DNA of 64,000 nucleotides from Rhizodiscina lignyota. Taxonomy: Eukaryota. The notes beneath the pieces were generated by a model, which saw only the letters and a program-made list of their open reading frames with translations, did no database searches and had not been told where the DNA came from. Within the stretch, counting starts at the first letter, position 1. Each line of letters starts with the position of its first letter. Shown here piece by piece: positions 59,244-64,000 of this stretch. The stretch covers positions 1,426,001-1,490,000 of the forward strand of contig ML978125.1 of NCBI GenBank assembly GCA_010015805.1, given 5' to 3'. A program made the translations under genes and the position numbers.

Positions 59244-60343
59244 CTAGAGTCTGGATCGTGGCCGGCCTTGTCCTCCGTTTTTATAGCTGAGTATGACTTT
59301 CTCCCAATTGCGCACGATTTGTCGTTGACCTTTGTCAAGATTTTCGCTCATCTTCTTACCGAGCCAAATTGGTTGCGACTCATGCAACTTATCTTCCAAT
59401 TCGACAATCTCACCTCCTCCCACCCAGAACGACTTCCCATTGACTTCTGGACATACCGCCGGCAATAATAGCGCCCTTGCAATATCTGACGTCTGATTCA
59501 AAGGCAGATCGCCCCAAGGATCTCTCATTTCTTGCCGAAGCATAGCAGTGTCTATGTTACAAGCGTTAGCAATTTTTTGGGCGCAGAGTTAGCAGGCTTC
59601 GTTTACCGGTCGCCCAAGGAGCCACGAGATTAATTGTCATATTCTTCTCTACCACCCATGTTCGGAGCCCCCTCATTAGACCCAATACCCCAGTCTTTGA
59701 TGCCATATACAAATGCATATCGTAACCGTCAATGAAGCTTCCGACGCTGCCAGTTATAACAATCTGGCATTTCGTCTGCGGCCATTTGCCAAAGTAGTGG
59801 AGCGCACATTTGACAGCGTACACCACGCCGTACAGATTGACATCGAGGACATTCATGTTTGGAGCTTGCAGCCGGCCTGTTTTTGAATCGATTTTGTCCT
59901 CATCGAACTCTCGTGAGTTGATGCCGGCATTGCAGATGACGGTATGTATGATTCCGAACTTCGCAATGCCTGCCTCGAAAAGGTCGACCACATCGTCCCA
60001 TTTTGAGACGTCACACTTGTGGAATAATATGCGTCTGGAGGAATCAACATTACTTCGACGAGGCCTCCTAGGAGGAATATCTCATGAGGCACGGTACGTA
60101 CTCCTTCAGTCTTTGTGACAACTCGACACCTTCGCGCTCTTTCCAATCTCCGAGGACGACGTTTGCACCCTTCCCTGAAATACATCCGTGAAATTAGACA
60201 TATGAGTAAGTCTTGTGCGGGGATAACATACTATGCGCCAACTCGACAGTTGCAAGCCCAATTCCCTGGACGCCTCCAGTAATCAACACCGTCTTTCCAC
60301 GCAAGACATCAAAGTCCGAATCTGAGACTTGATACGTCGTCAT
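59244..60343 (-). CDS. Short-chain dehydrogenase/reductase, multi-exon
   Basis: GKTVLITGGVQGIG, CDV, ICNAGI, VNLYG, YMASK. Confidence 0.88.
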
Positions 60344-60737
60344 GGCCTGCCATTCGTATACGCTATCCTACTGAAATTCCGGTCAAGGAGGCGATACGAG
60401 GCTTTGCGGAGGATCTGGCGGCCGCAACATTGTACATATGGACCGCCGGCCTTAAGACCCGGCACAATCATTCCCAAAGCCCCACGCGCTCTCTATACCG
60501 CCTTTCTCGAATGGCCGATCTCGTTGGTCTTGAGCGGTGCATGGCGCATGGCGCTTTCGAACTGCCGAACCCCACATGCACAGGGCGAGCTTGCAGGTCG
60601 CACTTCTGCCCCACACTCGATACGGAGTAGTCAGCGTGCCACTTTCCGACAATGGTGGTAGACTTGGAGCCGAGATGTTCAAATATTTACTGCTCGAATT
60701 TCTCTGAATCGAAGTTCTTCTGCGTATTTTCGACAAA

Positions 60738-62738
60738 ATGGCTGATACTACAGGTGAAACTACTTCATTTCAGCACGCATCGATCGGTACGATTCGCGGA
60801 ATCGTTCGCTCTCCGAGCGTGAGCCAGTTTTTGGGCATTCAATATGCGACGTTGAAGAATCGATTTGCTCGTGCACAGCTCATCGAAAGCTATGAAAATT
60901 ACGCAGATAATGATAAGGCACTGGATGCGACCAAATATGGGTACGATAAACGCTCTCTCTATGAGAGTGTACCATACTCTGTAGGCTGATCCGGATACTG
61001 CTCTAGTCCACTTCCGCTTTGCCACCCACAGGCCTGTTATATGGAGCAGCTCCTGATACAACATGCACTCCCACACCCAGAGTATCGGCAATCGGATATC
61101 GACTGCCTGACTGTCAACATAGTAACCCCATCAGAAGATCAAGTTCCTCCGAACCAAGCTCTCCCGGTCCTGGTATTCGTCCATGGCGGTGGTTTCGTTA
61201 CCGGGAGCACCAGTTGGCCACAATCCGACCTTTCTGAGCTTGTGAATCTGAGTGTGAAAAATGGGATGCCGATAGTTGCTGTAGGGGTGAAGTAAGTCCA
61301 CAATTTCCGACAATACATGTTCATTCAGCCCTGCTCTTGTCCATCTTGGTGACCCAGGGGATGCATTACTGAGCTAGCGGAAAGTTATCGGCTTGGGGCG
61401 CCCGGATTCTTGACTTCGCAAGCGATGAGAGAGGCTGGATATGAAGCGAACAATGGTTTGCACGATCAACGTCTAGCTCTACACTGGGTCCAAAGATATA
61501 TCGGCGGCTTCGGAGGAGATCCTGAAAGAGTGACATTCCTCGGGGAGAGCGCAGGTGGAAGTAAGCCAGCTCATCACTTGACAAGAGCTTTCTGATCAGG
61601 AAGATGCGATTTCAGAATGACGTAGCTAACATAAGATGCAACAAGCGTCCGGCTTTTTTCATCTACAGTCGAATGAGTCTCTCTTTCATCAGCTCATCTC
61701 CATGGCTGGCACTTCGATCATCATGCGCCCAATCCCAGATCCGGTGGCAGAAATGGCATATCAGATGGTAACCAAAGCCTTAGGGCTAGAAGATTTATCG
61801 TCAGAGCATCAAGTAGAGGCTCTTCTTAAAGCACCTCCCGAAGACCTGGTGATGAAAATTCCTCCGGGGACTCCAATAATACCCATCCTGGATGACGAGA
61901 TGTTGCGTGGGATGACGACGTACAACATTCTCTCCGACCCAGAATCTACAGCGAAATTGTTTCCCGCCATGGATGCATGCAAGAGGATCTTAGTCGGAGA
62001 CAGCCAGTTTGATGTAGGTGAACTGGAGGATTTGATTTGAGGAGAGCTGTTCAAGCAGAGCCTCGCGCTAATCGTTGATCTCTAAAGGCTTCGGTTTTCA
62101 TGGTAACCGCTTTGGCACATCGCTCAGATCGGTTTTCTCGGACAATTGAAAAATGCCTGTACACGGCGCTTGGCTCCGACAATTCCTCAACGGTTCAAGC
62201 CCTCCTTTTGGCTTACGGCATCGACGTGTCCAATACATCCAATGATCCAGAAGCCATCAAACCAGTCCTGGAGTTCGGCCACGACATCTGCTTCTACCAT
62301 GCGGCAAAGGCATTTGCCAAGGTGTGGAGCGCATCTTCCGACAGCAAAGCGTTTCTGTATCATTTCAATGCCCCAAATCCATGGGACGGTGTTTGGAAAG
62401 GTCATGCAGGCCATGTCCTTGATATAGCGTTCTTGTTCCAGAATTATAACGTCTATCTGTCACCTGGCCAGCTGGCGTGCGCTCAGCGCGTGGCCAATGA
62501 TTTCATAACGTTTATCAATGGCCATGAGCCGTGGAAGGAGTATGAAGAGAAGGCAAATGCTGGCGCCATGGTGTATAACGCCGCTCCTGGTAGCCAAGAG
62601 GATGAATCTGGGTACGTACGGGAGGAGGAAGGAGCTAGAATAGCTCGGCGAGATATCCTCCAGTCCTTCGAAAACGACCCGGGGCTGGACAAGTTGATGG
62701 ATGCTTGGACTATATTCTTGTCTGGAGCAGTACAATAG
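60738..62738 (+). CDS. Type-B carboxylesterase/lipase, multi-exon, no signal peptide
   Basis: FLGIQYA, DCLTVNI, VHGGGF, FGGDPERVTFLGESAG, GHVLD. Confidence 0.92.
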
Positions 62739-62826
62739 ACTGCTCAGATCACTAGGTTTCGGCGTCTAATTTCTGCGCTAGTGTCTACTGTGCCGCATGT
62801 GCTGGCGACATTTCTCGCTGTGGGTC

Positions 62827-64000
62827 TTACGCTGCCGGACTTAGAGCGTCTTGCCAGTGAGAGTTGTAAAATTTGGCGAACTCGCGCAGAACCCAGGCCA
62901 TGCGAGGTGTCACTATGGAATTGAGTGAGCCCAACAGAAAGATCATAGATGGGAGAAGGGTTATGCATACCGCCCCAGACCCAGGTATCATCAAGAAAGC
63001 TAGCCCAGACCCGAGCGACAGCAGCAGCAAGCGGCGAGTTGGCCTCGGGTTCGATATCACTTTCGGAATGCATGAAATTATAGATTTTACGCAACGCTTG
63101 ATCTTCGTCCGGATGCAACACGGTATTCTGGCGTTGCAAGCACTCGGTTGAATATACCCAACGGGTGAAAAAGAGGCCTGGAAGATTGTCAACCGAAGTT
63201 TACTTGTAGAAGTCATGTTCCAAACATACCGGTGTCCCACCAAGCAATGGCATGCTCGATGCTCCACGTAAGAGCTGCTGTTTTCCTGACCAAGTTTGCA
63301 CCTGCTCGCATTGGGAGCATCATTGCCAAAAATGCTCTCGTGACCGCCTCCGTTACTCGTGGGCCGCGCTGCTGCTCGCTGAGTACATAGGCACGTATCT
63401 CAGTGCATACAGTTGTTGGATCGCAACTCAGAAGGACTCTGCGATTGAACGACTTCTGACCATCTGTGTATTCCCTCATGAATGCGATCCTCAGCACTGC
63501 GAGACAGTTGAAAAGTAGAGGATCTTGCCACGGGTCACTTTCGGTTTTGCCTTGGTTGAAAGCCCTTTGACATTTGTTGAGCGCTTTGTTCATGTCCGTC
63601 CAGAATGTCGTTCGCATCGATTCCTGTCTGTTTAGAGGAAGAACCCTGAGCGACTCCGCTGCCAGAGCAATGTGCAGTATATGCACGTTCAGGGCATGCA
63701 TTGCTACTATCACAGCAAACAATGATGAATACCATCTCTCTCGCATGTTTTCTGCCCCAGCGTCTTCATTCATAATGTGAGCAAGCAGTTGCTCAACATT
63801 CATGGTGGGGTTGATGGACCGAGCATCAACCTCGTAATGCCACTGCGCCGAAGTCAGGCATCTCCAGAGGCGATCATCCCCTGGCATATCCATAGCGGCT
63901 TCTTCATAGTAATATCCAGGCAGAGAACCGTACGTGACAGCAGAAAGGCTGTCAACGATAAGTATGGCGCACATTGTCCTGAACAATTCGTTAGATTTGA
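62827..64000 (-). CDS. Fungal-specific transcription factor, C-terminal part only (5' end outside the window); introns about 63178-63229 and 62913-62970
   Basis: LLFNCLAVLRIA, ALTWSIEHA, DDTWVWG|VTPRM, resembling C2H2/Zn-cluster TF C-termini; DNA-binding domain not visible. Confidence 0.7.

Overview
Eukaryotic DNA from a filamentous ascomycete (short GT-AG introns with CTRAC branch sites, Pezizomycotina-type genes). Two housekeeping blocks (1-10.5 kb: SDH1, RPL3, CDC55, OSH3, tRNA-Leu; 30-40 kb: MSH1, HEM12, FCY1, YDJ1, a GPI protein) alternate with two accessory-looking blocks (10.5-29.7 kb and 41-64 kb). The top candidate system is a small secreted Kex2-repeat precursor (41375-41966, -) head-to-head with a DUF3328/UstYa oxidase (43107-44124, +), i.e. 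a minimal dikaritin-type RiPP locus whose cores are heterogeneous and lack Tyr. As assembled, the oxidase has a 1-bp frameshift just before its first HXXHC motif. Other notable items: a 1133-aa secreted mucin-like polyprotein with a CNF1-like Cys-x14-His motif between KR sites; a tight CorA-like / RyR-P-loop / HET trio; a HET protein with WW-like modules; and an OTT_1508-type deaminase with one premature stop. Family calls are by eye from motifs and no searches were run.
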